Shown here: piece by piece, positions 46,401 to 58,400 of the stretch
How the letters are laid out: every line of letters begins with the position of its first letter
Position numbering within the stretch: the first letter of the stretch is position 1
Virus record (IMG/VR): IMGVR_UViG_3300020162_002069
From: an uncultured virus (IMG/VR IMGVR_UViG_3300020162_002069)
Lineage: Duplodnaviria; Heunggongvirae; Uroviricota; Caudoviricetes
Direction: 5' to 3' (one strand)
Length of the DNA: 64,000 nucleotides
Translations under genes and position numbers: made by a program
The notes under the pieces: model-generated
What the model was told of the DNA's origin: nothing
The model's input: the letters and a program-made list of their open reading frames with translations, nothing else
Databases searched by the model: none

Positions 46401-47898
46401 CACTTGCACCACTATTTGCTCCTTGAACAAAAGTTGGAACTGCTAACGTAATTGGTTCGTTCAGAGTAATTTCTGTGATTGTTTGTATATCATACAGTGA
46501 GATGTCCCACTCATTTAAGTTAGCATTTGATGTACTATAAGATCCAGACTCTAATTTAAAGTCATATACTCTAGCTACACCAATTTCTTTACCAGGTGCA
46601 ATTGTATTTGAAGTTCCTACTCTTTCACTTCTTAAACTTAAAACATAAGTATTTCCAATTCCAATAGTTGGAGATCCTTTAACATTATTTAAAGATAATG
46701 TCGGACCAGTATTATAGTTTATTGATTGATTCTCTAAAGTTTTAACAGTTCTTGGTTTTTCTACATCTAAAAATGTCGGACTAATCGTTTCTACTTCGTA
46801 TCCTCTAACAATTGCTTTTCCTGGTGATATTTGATAAATTGCTAAATCATCAGATGGAGTTGATCCCCCGTAAGTAAACTGTCCAGTATTAAAAATACCT
46901 TGATTTCCTAAATTATTATTTAAAGATTCCTTTACTGAGATATCAAATGGAGTAATAACATAATCTCCAGATTCATTATAAGTTCTTCTTGCTAATTCAT
47001 CAGCGATTAAATTATATGCAGTTGTTGTTTTTTGGGATCTTAAGATACCATCAGAAATTGTTGCTAGTTCTATGAAATTATTATCATCAAAATCATTTAA
47101 ACTTTTCTTGAACAACGATGCTGATATTTTTAATCTATCTGCCCCTGGAGCCGCATAATTATTAAATCCTTGAGAATTGTCAGATAATCTTTCGTCAATA
47201 TCTGAGTTAATAATTTGTTCATTTACAAATAACCCAACTCTATAGTTGGGTCTATTGTCATATTGATCCAAAATTAAAGTTTCTGTGCTTACATTTACAA
47301 ATTGTCCGCGAATAAAATAAACTCCATTTGTAATATTGAAAGATGATCCAACTGCACTAGAATCAACTGCAACAGTTACTGCAAAGGGTTGTCCAGCAGC
47401 AATAGAAGTATTTCCTAAAAGACCTGAAGAAATTGTGACATTTGTGACTAAAGATTCTCCATCAGAAAATTGTTGAGTTTCATTATTTTCGGTGCTTGAT
47501 CCCAAATAATTAATATAAAGCGTAATATTTCCTCTTTCAGAATCTTGAGATATGAGAATCTTATCTACAACTGCAGTTACTCCAGAAGTTTGTCCAGTTA
47601 TTTTAGTTCCAACTAGTTGATCTGCATATGCTGCAACAGGAACTCCAAGAAAAGTATTTTGTAGTTGAACGCAGTAATATAATCCATTATATCCAGTATT
47701 TCCTGGTATTACTTTTGCACCTTCTTTAAAAAAGTGTTGTCCAAACTTTTCAATTTGATTTTGGAGAATTGATTGGAGAGTTGTTAATTCTCTTGCTTGA
47801 ACAGGAACTCCTGGTTTAAAAAGAACTTTATGATAGTCATTATTTGCATCAAAATCATCAAAATATGGTGATACATTGAGATTGGTTTGTTGAGACAT
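40429..47898 (-). CDS. Large virion structural protein (VrlC/DUF4815-like)
   Basis: NVSPYFDDF, QARELTTLQSILQNQ, APGADRLKI, RFKSGFFVDNF, DPLAQSF, GSLFKSQN; follows gp8. Confidence 0.85.
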   Translation of the reverse strand: MSQQTNLNVSPYFDDFDANNDYHKVLFKPGVPVQARELTTLQSILQNQIEKFGQHFFKEGAKVIPGNTGYNGLYYCVQLQNTFLGVPVAAYADQLVGTKITGQTSGVTAVVDKILISQDSERGNITLYINYLGSSTENNETQQFSDGESLVTNVTISSGLLGNTSIAAGQPFAVTVAVDSSAVGSSFNITNGVYFIRGQFVNVSTETLILDQYDNRPNYRVGLFVNEQIINSDIDERLSDNSQGFNNYAAPGADRLKISASLFKKSLNDFDDNNFIELATISDGILRSQKTTTAYNLIADELARRTYNESGDYVITPFDISVKESLNNNLGNQGIFNTGQFTYGGSTPSDDLAIYQISPGKAIVRGYEVETISPTFLDVEKPRTVKTLENQSINYNTGPTLSLNNVKGSPTIGIGNTYVLSLRSERVGTSNTIAPGKEIGVARVYDFKLESGSYSTSNANLNEWDISLYDIQTITEITLNEPITLAVPTFVQGANSGASGFIKDAVSANSLITLYDTKGSFLRNESFIFDGIESGRVAIAVTSFGISDIKSVYGLVGSASTFSADSVQSIKFNVGIATISPQSSGISTVTSPNISFPGNIIKQGNLISYSDVTLSDPVFAKVVSVGSTTVTITGVSTVTGIAQGRLPTSLLQVTDFKILTTSLESSSDNTLYTILPKNDISNVDLTNANITIRKSFTVDIISNQLSSTVSAGTNGTFLPFDEERYSLIRSDGSTELLTSDRFAFISGGTQLQIYNLGTNNTGATLITTLRKIKPKAKVKRKNRVNSILVDKSKYAGSGIGATTLNDGLEFGNYAYGTRVQDKNISLNVPDIIEIHGIFESADTANPSAPKMVLSSINGPTNTILDLIIGEQILNQNGSTIGIVVEKLSSSQISFVYKNQNIFKEGETVTFRESNIQAVITTLDSPSFNISFNYSYSTGQKGTFYDYGFITRKSNAIEPTRKVKVYFSSGFYDSSDDGDITTVNSYNTYNYATEIQSVNQFANSDIIDIRPRVSSYQVSENAFSPFEFYGRTFSVSGNSAANILASDEAILVNYSFYLGRIDRVYLTKDGKFQVKYGTPAEKPEKPVSVDDALEVATIQLPPYLYSTIQASIQFLEYKRYRMVDIKKLENRIKNLEYYTSLSLLETNTANLFVVDSSGLNRFKSGFFVDNFTSILAQENGVEIKNSIDTRNKELRPKHYTSSIDLITGPVENVDPTEDLAFALIEGINVRKTGDIVTLDYVEVEWLKQSFATRSESVTPFLISFWQGTLELTPASDTWVDTVRLEAKIINTEGNYAETLATAARTLNVDPQTGFAPTVWNSWVDNWTGQEIVETTRTNTTSTGMPAFIGWLPGRLRVPNPRGFQNIFGTDTTTTTLDTFREVIDTGVSTRSGIRTVVTEQFDNTSVGDRTISRDLIPYMRSRNIQFINKKVKPLTQLYAFFDGVDVTRYCIPKLLEISMISGVFEVGETVTGVVNQTGLDPNLSNETARITFRVAQSNHKEGPYNIPNTTFPENPYTNSVLSATYSSTSVILNIDTFSIANEPQGLFSGWVESGMALIGTTSGAQATITNVRLVSDLSATLIGSFYIPNPNSNIHPRFETGTKVLSFTNNNLNDQDLASTIAEESFSSSGTLETVQENIISVRNARIENKQEFAERAIARSSSQLIDSRVIAQTQRQGIIGWYDPLAQSFLVDNEIGIFLTRCDVFFRSKDDMDIPVTFQLRTMQNGFPTQHVIPLSEIILDPNEVEISGDGSIATPVVFKAPVYLEGGKEYCICLASNSTKYSVYISRIGENDLLTQAFISNQPYLGSLFKSQNASTWEPSQWEDLKFTLYRADFIESGTVEFYSPQLTEGNNQIAKLLPNSLNFNSKKVRISLASTISDPNLTIGNTILQQGTNASGNYVGNAGIATGSLNIISAGIGYTPSSGIATFPGINLQTITGKGRDATATITINNGVAIGATITSGGSGYQIGDVLGISSIGAVNVGTNARLSLSNISNLNQIIVDNIQGDFVVGSANTIKFINNSGITTFLNGTGVLVDEIIEETDGRHIRVDHKNHGMYFNDNLVVISNAQSDIKPTKLSIQLAADSTGSISVDDSSAFGIFENVSVGTTNSGYLLIGNEIIEYTSVSGGVIGGNIVRGTNPTTHPIGSPVYKYELNGVSLRRINKTHDLNDVTVADPITFDSYNIKLDMSSDGVDRSVGTSFPILYSNQTKSTGGYNIRATQNMPFEIITPLVQNLTVQGTSLSAEVRTITGQSISGNEIPFTDIGFDPITINAPNYLDSTRIIASKVNEDNKLSNLPGNKSMNMRLTLSTVDSRVSPVLDTQRISTILTSNRVNSVIENYVTDARVDTIDEDPSAFQYISKEITLENPASSIKIILDAYINFYSDIRAFYSISENSNFDPIFTPFPGYTNLDTRGEIINLEDNSGLSDKFTSQTNSTGFTSSDLDYREYTFTTDQLPSFRSYRIKLVMTSTNQVYVPRVRNLRVIALA

Positions 47899-47904
47899 AA
47901 TTTT

Positions 47905-49455
47905 TTAGAACTGCAAAATGACTTTAATATCTTCTTTTTGATTTGATGACCTTGTAATTGATGGTCTATTATCCACGTAGATAATATTTCCAGAGTGTTT
48001 TTTTACTTCCGGATTTGCGAGACCATTTGTAAAAGATTGCCCAAGGTAATATGTCCTATTATTTATCACAGTAGATATACCCGTAAATGCAGTATCAATT
48101 GATAAACTTTCGGATCCTCCAGTAATTACAAGACTTCCTCCGGGGCCAGGAGAACTTGAAAATTCAACTTGATCAAACCCAAAAGATGGATTAGTTATTG
48201 CAACTCCAACTGTTGAAAATCCTGAGTTGGATCTATCTTGCCAGTACTTTAAAACACTAGTAACTTGATCATAACTAATAACTCTTCCTACAGACGTTGA
48301 TCCCGTAGAAACTGTTTGTGTAATGAATGAATCTGCATTATATGTTGTAGAATTTGCACTGACTCCAGTTAATTTAATAGCATAAATTGCACTTGCTTTA
48401 TCTAATGTTAAAATTTGAGTTGAACCAAATGATTCTGGATTTTCTACAATTCCAACTCTTGCAATTTGATTTCCTGTGATAAAATCTGGATTTTGGATAT
48501 CATTTTCAATTCTAGAGTACATCAGAACATTATATGCTCCAAGCTCTCTATAAATGTTTGCTCCATGGCCACCATTTGGAGATATAATTACATCAAATGT
48601 TGGTATGGTAGTACCTGTAGGAACATTTCCTGCAACTAAATCAACAGTACCAAATGTATATCCAGAACCTTGATTAGATATTGTAACTGATTCAATTTTT
48701 TGGTCATTATTTACAACAATTGTACACTCTGCTCCAGTACCATCACCGCGAATAGGAACTCTTGTATAAGTTCTATTAGCAGGACCTACACTTACACCTC
48801 TGTTTGTAATAGTTACAATCTTAATAGATCCATTAACTGCATTATCTCTAACTGTTGAATTATCAGTACTCGTTTCCCAGTCAGCAGGGACCGGCATAAA
48901 ATCAGTGGATTCAAATTTAATAATGTCTGTTGGTTTAATTGTATAAAGATATTTCCAAATATATCCATCACCACTAGTTCCTGCTGATCTTGGTTCTAGA
49001 TCAGTGAATAATGGTTCATCTAATGAAGGTCTTCCATTTAAATTATCAGGATCTGTTCCGTTCTGTAAACAAATATAAACTCTATAATCACTATTCAAAA
49101 TATAATATGATGCCGAATATAAATTAGTTGCACCAGAAACTTTTGCAGTATTTGATCTACTGTAGTCGTGGCGATACATATCAAAAGTTGTACCAGTTGA
49201 CCAAAAACGTTTCTGAACTACTTGTCTTATATCACTTGCATTAATTTTTTTTAATGCAATCATAGTATCCCAATAATTATTCTCTTCATCAAAACTGTCT
49301 CTAGGTGATGGGGGATTAGTATCCCAGTCACTTTGAATATCAGTAGGATTTGGTAGACCAATAAAAGAATAGTAAGAATTTGTTGAAGAACTTACTCCCG
49401 CAACAAAATTCTTTGCATTTAATATTCTAATTTGGTCGGTTATGATTGCTGCCAT
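47905..49455 (-). CDS. gp8: Baseplate wedge subunit
   Basis: YRVYICLQN, DGYIWKYLYTI, SGNIIYVDNR..RSSNQKEDIK. Confidence 0.9.
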   Translation of the reverse strand: MAAIITDQIRILNAKNFVAGVSSSTNSYYSFIGLPNPTDIQSDWDTNPPSPRDSFDEENNYWDTMIALKKINASDIRQVVQKRFWSTGTTFDMYRHDYSRSNTAKVSGATNLYSASYYILNSDYRVYICLQNGTDPDNLNGRPSLDEPLFTDLEPRSAGTSGDGYIWKYLYTIKPTDIIKFESTDFMPVPADWETSTDNSTVRDNAVNGSIKIVTITNRGVSVGPANRTYTRVPIRGDGTGAECTIVVNNDQKIESVTISNQGSGYTFGTVDLVAGNVPTGTTIPTFDVIISPNGGHGANIYRELGAYNVLMYSRIENDIQNPDFITGNQIARVGIVENPESFGSTQILTLDKASAIYAIKLTGVSANSTTYNADSFITQTVSTGSTSVGRVISYDQVTSVLKYWQDRSNSGFSTVGVAITNPSFGFDQVEFSSSPGPGGSLVITGGSESLSIDTAFTGISTVINNRTYYLGQSFTNGLANPEVKKHSGNIIYVDNRPSITRSSNQKEDIKVILQF

Positions 49456-49481
49456 TTTATGATAACTTTTTTATTATTTAT

Positions 49482-52400
49482 TTAAGTAATATTATAGTTT
49501 TTAAATCGGAGCGGAAGAGTTCTCTTAACAACTCCAGAAGTTGAAATTCCACCAACGCCATTAGTTCCATAGAAGTTATAAGAATTTTCTTCTGTTCTTG
49601 TTGTTAATTCAATTCTTCCCCAACTAAAGTTACCAAAACTAATCGTAGTAGTACCTATTCCTACTCCAGAATATCCACTAATTGTTGATATACCACTAAC
49701 TGTTGCACTAACTCTTCTTACAGTAGTTGTTGCAGTGCCAACTGTTGCAATCCCAATCATAGTATTTGCAACACTTACATTACTTACACTTTTCACTTGA
49801 TAAACATTATTAATAAAATTGGTTCCAATTCCAATAGTGTTGTTACTAGTGTCTTTTGATGTTATTGATGTAGATGCAAATCCAATATTTGAATCGTAAA
49901 CCAAGAAATAATCACCAGTTCCAATACCACTAATCGTAACTGCAGTTCCAACATATACTCCAGATGGGTATGTGAGAGAAGTTGTTCTTAAATATGAGTC
50001 CATTGGGATAAAAAGATCAAATATGATGCCAGTTGCAGTGGTTCCAAATCCAACAATAACACCAGAATCGCCAACATATGACGTAACATTATTAGTTTCT
50101 TTAATTATACTTGGAGATTCAATTAACACCTGAGGAGGAATGGTAGATATGTAACCACCTCCTCCAAATGTAACTGCGATTCCTGTTACAACTCCTCCAG
50201 ATATAGTAACAGATGTAAGAGCAGTATTTTGTACTGCTGTGGTTCCAAATCCAATTGGTTGAGAAATTGATACTGTTGGAGTGGTTGTATATCCAACTCC
50301 ACCATCACTAATTACAATTGAAGTAACTGTTCCCGCAATGGATACTACTGCAGTTGCCGATGCTCCAACTTTATTATCTTGAGAAATAATAGTTATTGAA
50401 TTTTGGAATGCTAATGAAGTATCGTTTTCATTTGTTGGATTAAAGAATGGTCTTACATTATCAACACGAAGAATAGTGTTTCCAACTCCAACTGGTTGAA
50501 TTAAATATGAAGTTGGAGTAATTGCTGCTTCGTAAAGCATTCTATCCTTTCCAATTGGTAGTTCATTAATAATTTTATCCTCAGTCTGTCTACACCATAC
50601 CACAGGTCTTTCAAGAGTTTCATCACTAACATTTCCTGGACCAAAATATGGATTAGTATTTACAAGATCTGTAGAATTAATACTAGTAACCGTTCTTTCT
50701 TCCTCTTGAAGTGTTGGAGACTGTCCAAGAGAGGAATCATAACCAATAGTTAACCCATCACCAATTTTAACAGTTTCCAAAATGTCAACATCTACAACAT
50801 CAACAGATCCACTACCACGATAGAATAAAATCTTTGAGGTATCTCCAATTTTGGGAGGTTCGGTAAATGTAATAATACTTCCACCTGGGAAGATATATCC
50901 ACCACCAGGAATTTGTAAAATATCGTTGATGAATATTAATAAGGTGTCCTGAACATTAATATTTGATCCTTTAGAAGAAAGAATAGAAATTAAATTATTA
51001 GATACTGTTATTGGAAAAGAAACTGTTTCTCCGTCAAATTTATCATCTAAACTATCTAATACTTGAAGTTCTCCAATTGACCATCCGGTAAATTTATCTG
51101 CAAAGGTTTTTTGTATGGATATTTTAAATTCTTTAAATGATGATCCTGTTGTTGGTATCCCAGTTGGACCGCCGATAGGAACAGTTAAAATTTGATCCTC
51201 AATATAACCATATCCAGTATTGATTATTTCAAAATCTATTACACTTGATCCTTGTCCAACAACAACATTTACTGTTGCTTGTGTTCCTACCCCAGAGGAC
51301 ACGGAACTATAAATTAAAGGTAGATTTGAGTATGATAATGGATCATCAAATATTACATATGGTGGATTTGTGGATGTGTATCCTGAACCTGGGTTAGTAA
51401 TAGCAATACTTACAATACTACCATTACTTACTGTCGCAGTTCCAATAAATTCAATAGATGGTGTACCAGTAGAAGAAAGTGCAACACCGACTTTAACAAT
51501 TTGAACACCTGAACGATACCCAGATCCACTATTACCAATGCTAATTGTGGAAATAGTACCAGCAATAGAAACATTTGCAGTTCCACCAGCAGACACTAAT
51601 GGTTGGTATCCAAATCCTTCTGTAGATCCAACAGAAACTATAACTCCACCGCGAGGAATACTTGCATTATTAACATCGTAAGCAACTGATGTAGCTGCTC
51701 CAGTAAAGGTAATTGTAGTAACTCCCACAGATTCTGTTAGATTATAATCATATGTTATTCCAGGACCTTGGAATATATCATTAATCAAAATGACAGCATT
51801 TTTATTTGCAATACCATCAACATCAGTTCCGTTAGATTTTAGTGTAAATTTTTTGGTGATACCATTAAACCCTGAGGATATATCATTAAAAATATAATTC
51901 TTATGATAAGTTTCATCCAATGAATTTACAATTCCAGATCTAATAAATGACCTTCCTTGGAATGATGATCCCGTTGATATTCCAACCCAATCTCTTTCGT
52001 CTGGACGATTTGTGGGAGAACTTAATGGAATGTTTCCAAAAGGAGCTTCTGCAAAATTTAAAACATTATCAACTATATTATAATTACCAGATACTTTAGT
52101 AACTAAAGCACCAGTTGAATACCCTGCAATTGATGTTCCTAATCGAGGTCTACGAACTTGAATAGCATTAGTACTTCCAATACCAACACCATCAATTCTC
52201 ATTATTTCATCACCAATTCTAATTAAATCTCCACCAAAGAATGAAGTAATCTGATTGAAAAAGATTATATCACTTGTTGTAAACGCATTAGTTGCTAATG
52301 TTGTAGTAGTTGCAGTAGAAACTATTGGTGATTGGATAAGATTATCAAGTGCAACAATCACCTTTGCATTTTGATTTGTTGATATAAATCTTTGTAATGT

Positions 52401-55400
52401 TCCAATTCCAACATTAGTAATGTCTAAAGTTTTTGGTACAATATTAAGAGCATCCTCTGCACTTCTTGACAATTTAATATTGTTTATGTCGACTTTAACA
52501 ACATAGACACTATCAGGTAACTTATCAGTTAATCCAACACCAGTAAAAGTAGTTGCTGCTATTCCAATTGCTTGTGTTGTTCCTGCACCTGCGTTAATAT
52601 ATCTAACTTCCTCTCCTGTTACAAAGAAGTGATTTGGTATAGAAATTGTATTAGAAGTAACATTGACAACAACAGAAGAATCTCCCGCAAAATATCTTTC
52701 AAAAATTGGATCATTTTTATGAGTTAAATTAAATGCTCGTTTAATATCAACGTCAGTTCCTTCATAAGTTCCATAATCAGTCTGAATTTCTGAATTGATA
52801 AAATCTATAATATCTTTTTCATCATCTTCATATCTTAAAGCATTTAAATAAACTTTAACATCAACATCAATATTTGGTAATGGTGTGAAAGTTAAATCCA
52901 CCACTGATGAAGTTTTTTGAGCACCAATTGTTCCAAGACCAGAAAGAGTATCAACATTTGCATATTCAGTAATATAAACATCTGTTCCATCATCAATTAG
53001 TGCTACTTCAGATATTTGGTGTACATTATTTGTGTTATCTGAAACTTGTATGATGAAATATGCACCATCGTAAATATCGGGATACTCACTGATAATGATC
53101 GGTGATGGAGTTGATGTTGAAGCAATAGATGTGGATCTTCCTTCCAATCTAGCGTGTTTCATATCATAAGTGCCAATACCCACCGAGGTTGTACTTCCAA
53201 ATGCAACCTGAATTGTGTTAATAGTTACTGCAATACCAACATTTGGAGTAAAATCAACTTTTAGTTCTGAACCAGATAGATATGGATAATATGTACCAAG
53301 TCCACTGCTTGAATATGAATCAAATGAATGTGTGGTTAATTGTCCATATTCTAAGAATTCGACATTAGTCCCATCATGAATTACTGTTAACTCATCAAAT
53401 TCATATTGTTGATTATCTGACAAAATTGAAACTAAAATTTTTGTAGACCTATAAGTGTTAGCAATACTAACAATAGTTGTTGGTCCGGAAGAAACTAAAA
53501 CACTATTTGATTTAATATCAACTATTCCTCCAAAATTAGTACTTCCAATTCCAGATAAATTGTCGTTGATATTATATGAGAGTGTTGTTACATCAAAATC
53601 ATTAACGCTAAATTTTGTTGGATAGAACAAAAGAACACCTTCAGATCCATCGATTGCAAAATCAAAAGATCCCATATCATAAGTGTTTTCAACCCTTGCA
53701 TATTGATTTAAATATCCATTTCCGGCATCATCTCTAAGAGTTGTAACAAGTAATAGTTGTCTTTCTCCAACAAATCTTTTATCTCTAATATACGTAATAT
53801 ATTTTTGTGATCTTACATCTGCAAGATTAAATCTGTGAACTTCAGAAAAACGAGTTGGTCTTGGATTACTATTGAATTGTGATCTAATATCATCTATTGA
53901 CAAAACTCTATTGCCAATAGACTCTGCATAATCAGTTAAAATTCTATTTGAGAATATTATTTCATCTGAAAAAATTTGAGATCCAATCTGAAGTGAATTT
54001 TCTCTCACTAAATCAAAATCATAAACACAATTTAAATTTACAACACTAATGATGTCACTTATAACTTCAACCGATGTTAAATCTGATGGTAAGTTAATTG
54101 TAAGTGAATTTGAGTCTTCTACGCTTAAGTTTGATTCTAACTGATAGTCTGAGAATTTTACAAATCCAGTTGTGTGATTTAAAGTGCTTACCACATCGTT
54201 CCAAGTGTCAAATGAAACTCTAGATTTAATCGAATATGAAAAGTTTTGATAATAAAAACTATCTTGTATTCTTTGTAAATTATCATTCAATACACCAGCA
54301 TCAGATTTCCACCCATTTATAAATTTTGATGTTGCTGCTAGATTAAAAAATGCATCAAATCTATCAATTGAAGATGTTACTCCTTGGGTTTTTGAAGAAG
54401 ATCCTTTTATAATTTCTCCTACTTTAAAATTATCTTTGGATAGTATTTTTATAAAATCTAATTTAGAATCCCAGTCTTCCACTGTTCCAGTAAATGACTC
54501 TGATGTTACCGTTTCTCCAATTAAATAATCATTTTTTCTTAAAACTATATCAAAAATTGGGAATTGTTTTTGTGCAATAATTCTACCAGAAGAATTATTG
54601 GGATTAAACGTGCCTGGAGATTCTGAACCGATAAGAAATTCATTAAGATTGTAAGTTACCGATCCACCAAGTCCACCAAGATTTTCAGTAACTGAAGTGA
54701 GAGTAAACAACTGATAGTTATAATTTTCAGAGTTAAATCCTTTACCTGTAGACGTAACCCCCACGCTAATATTTTCAATTAAAACTTTATCATTTACTGC
54801 AAATGGAAATGAGTTTGCAGTACTAAATCCTACCGATAAAACTACTGTTACATTTTTTGTTATAGAATCATACTGAATAGATGAAATTCCAACTCCATTT
54901 GAATTCTGAATTGGTAAAATTGTTGGAGTTATATTGTTTAGACCAAAAGTGTTTTTTAAAATTTCTATTTTATTGTTACCTAAAGTAAATTTTAAATCAA
55001 TTTCAGGAACAATGTTGTCAGTCTTTCCGTCCAAAACTATGAGTTTTGGTGCAGAAGTATATCCTCTTCCAAATGAAGATATTCCAATAGATTCAAAAGA
55101 TGAAAGAGGATCAACTTTTACAACTTGTGGAATTGATACACTTGGTCTTATAGTCAAATCTGAGGGAAAATCGAAACCAATATCATTAATTTTTACTGAT
55201 TTAATTTTACCAATAGAAGTACTTGAGGGTTCTAATATTTCTCCGGTTCCGATTCCAGATGTAACACTCAAAATTTGTGGAAGGGAATAATAATTTTGTC
55301 CTCTATTTAATATTTTTATTTTGGAAATAGAACCATTAGTATTTGAGGAATTGGTTTCGTATTTTATACTAGATATACCTGAAATATATAAATCTTCTTC

Positions 55401-58400
55401 TGGAACTTTTGCAACATCATAAGTAAATGATGTGCTAGATCCTACTATAATATTGTATATTCCATTATATTGACTGCTAAGAATTTGGATTTCATTATTT
55501 GATAAAACTTCACGATCTTCAGTAATTAATTTTTTATTTTCGGGAAGGTTTCCATCATAAATTGGAATTAAATTATAATAAAGATTTTCTGGCGTATTTT
55601 CATTAACCGATAAAATAACTTTTGCATCGCTAGTAACTCCAACTGTTCCTATCTTTTGGACTTCGAAAACTTGATCATCAGAATTACTATTATAATTTTT
55701 TGTAAGATTAGAATCATTGAAAAATTTTAAATCAAATGCAGGATACAGAGTTGATTGTTGAGTATATGAAAGTGACGAATCTGATAGATCAAAAATAACT
55801 GAAGAATTTTTGTATACTTGTATTGGTGGGTTAATATTGGATAATGTTCCGTTAGAAGCACTAGTGATTCCAACAATGTTTGGTTTTACATTAATAGAAT
55901 CATAATAAGTATTAGTAAGTCTAATATTATTTGTATCAACTACAAAAATAAAATATTCTTTATTATTTTCAAGACCAATCGCAGGGATTGATGCAGTGTG
56001 AATTACTTTTTGTCCACTTTCAAATTTGTGATCAATGATAGTAATTGTATTTGTAACTGTATTAATTCCTGCAGAAATAAAGTCTTTTGGATTTACTAAT
56101 AATTTTCTGTTGTAGTCATTATATTTAAAAGTAAATGTGGTTGATATTGATGGGTTTACATCAATAAAAACTGTATCGTTATTTAAAAGTCCATGAGTTT
56201 GTGCAGTGGATACTGTGACTGTATTTTTTGAAATATCTCCAATTAATCCATTATAAGTTGTTTTAAAACTATGGTTTTCTCCTGTACCTACGCTAGTGAA
56301 ATGTAAGATTCCCGTTCCACTTGTCTGACTTGTAATTCCAACAAAAGTTCCTCCTGTTCCAAGACCAACTTTGAATGTAGAAATACCAATTAAATCATCT
56401 GATATTCTTGCAACATATACTATCGACTGATTTGAAAGTGATACTGAAGTGGATATTCCATTTGTAGAAACTCCAATTACAGATCCATTATTTGTAGAGT
56501 ATATTAATTCATCACCAGTATTTAATTGATGATTTGGTATATAAATGGATCTTGTAGGAATGAAAATCTGAGTGATACCAACTCCTGGATTTGAAAAAAT
56601 TAAAGTAACACCAATTCCAATTCCAGAGGTTGTACCTAAACCAACTGCATCAATTGGATTAAAATAAATTTCACGATTAATTTGATAATCATACTGAGAT
56701 CTAAACCCAGCATTTATTATAAGTTTTCTTGAATTTTCATACAGAACATCAGTAACACTATGAGAGGATCCTACTGTCCCATTTATTGCACGAAGAGCTC
56801 TAATTCTTGATGACCTTGCATCAACATTTAATACTTTAATCTGTTCTGTACCAATACCTAAAATATCATTTTCACGAATATTAGGATAATTTAAGTTTCC
56901 TGCAACAGAAAAATAAGTAACTATTCCAGTTGTTGCAGTGCTACCAATACCAGCAGTAAGAGCAATTGTATTTGTTGTTACTCCAATTCTATAAGATCCC
57001 TCAATTAAAGATGAAGTTGTATTTAATCCCGAGACAACAATTAAATCAGAATTTGTAAAATTATGAGGATTTTCTGAAAATACTAAGAAATTTCCCTGAG
57101 ATGTAATTGGATAAAATTCAACATTTGATATTGATGTAGTTGCAACACTAATGGAATTTACAGATCGTCCAAAAATTCTTTCAACTTCAGCAGAGACATT
57201 AGAACCATCAGTACCCTCGTTATCAAATACTAACTTGTCTCCAATTTTATATCCAGAACCACCAGAAGATATATTTATTTTTTCTACAGATCCAGGAGTA
57301 GCATATTTAATATCAACAGTTTGATTTAAAAGATTTGGTATATCCAAGTATGCATAAGAAGCACCATTTTCAATTAAATTATATGGATTAGTATTTCTCG
57401 AAAAATTTGTTTGATTTAAGTCAAGATCATTTTGATTTGATGCTGCTTTAAAATTAAATTCATTTGGTTTTGAATTAAAATTATCTCCAATCAAATATGG
57501 AAATACTGGCGACTTATACCCAGCAAAAGGTCCTGAAGAATCCGCAGCAGAATTACTAATCGTTGCAAAATATACATATGCACCATTTGGATATTCTGGC
57601 GTAACACAAAATCTTCCGTTGTTTTTATCCAATACAGTTTCATCAGAGACTTCAAAATGACTATAATCTTGAATAAAAAATCCTGCAGGAAAAGCAGAAA
57701 CTGAAGGTCTATTTGATTTTAAATCAAGTTTATATCCAGACCTCATTTGAGATATTATACCACCTTGTTTAGTGGAATATCCATATGGACCATAAATTGG
57801 ATTTCCGTCATATGCCCACCCAATAATCGGTGAGTGATTATTTGATAATACCTCTTTATTGCCAGATTTTATTAAGTCTTTTCTTCCATATAAAATATTT
57901 CCTGCTTGATCTGAAGCATAGACAATTTCTCTAAGTTTCCTTGGCGCATACAAATAAGAATATTCTAATTCAAAATTTTGATTAATTCCTTCAGATAAAA
58001 CTCCATCGTCATCAGAAACAATTGTTGAATTTTTTTGAAAAAGATTAACATTCCAAGATTGTATTTTTGTATTAAATTCTGCCAAAAGTCCTGTAGTAAT
58101 GACATTTATTGCAGTAGTACTTGGTAAATATCCGATGCCAGATTCAATTACGTTAACTTTAATTAATTGTCCATTTTCAATAATCGGAGTAAGTACTGCA
58201 CCAAAACCTTCACCATCAATTGTTAAATTTGGGGGAGAGTTATATCCACTTCCAGAAGAATTTACTAAAACTTCTATAATTCTTCCATTTGAAATAATAG
58301 GAATAACTTTTGCACCAGAACCACTATTTAAAGTAATTAATGGTTGTCTGTTATAGTTTAAAATTTCAGATGATCCATAATTAGATCCATTACTTTCTAA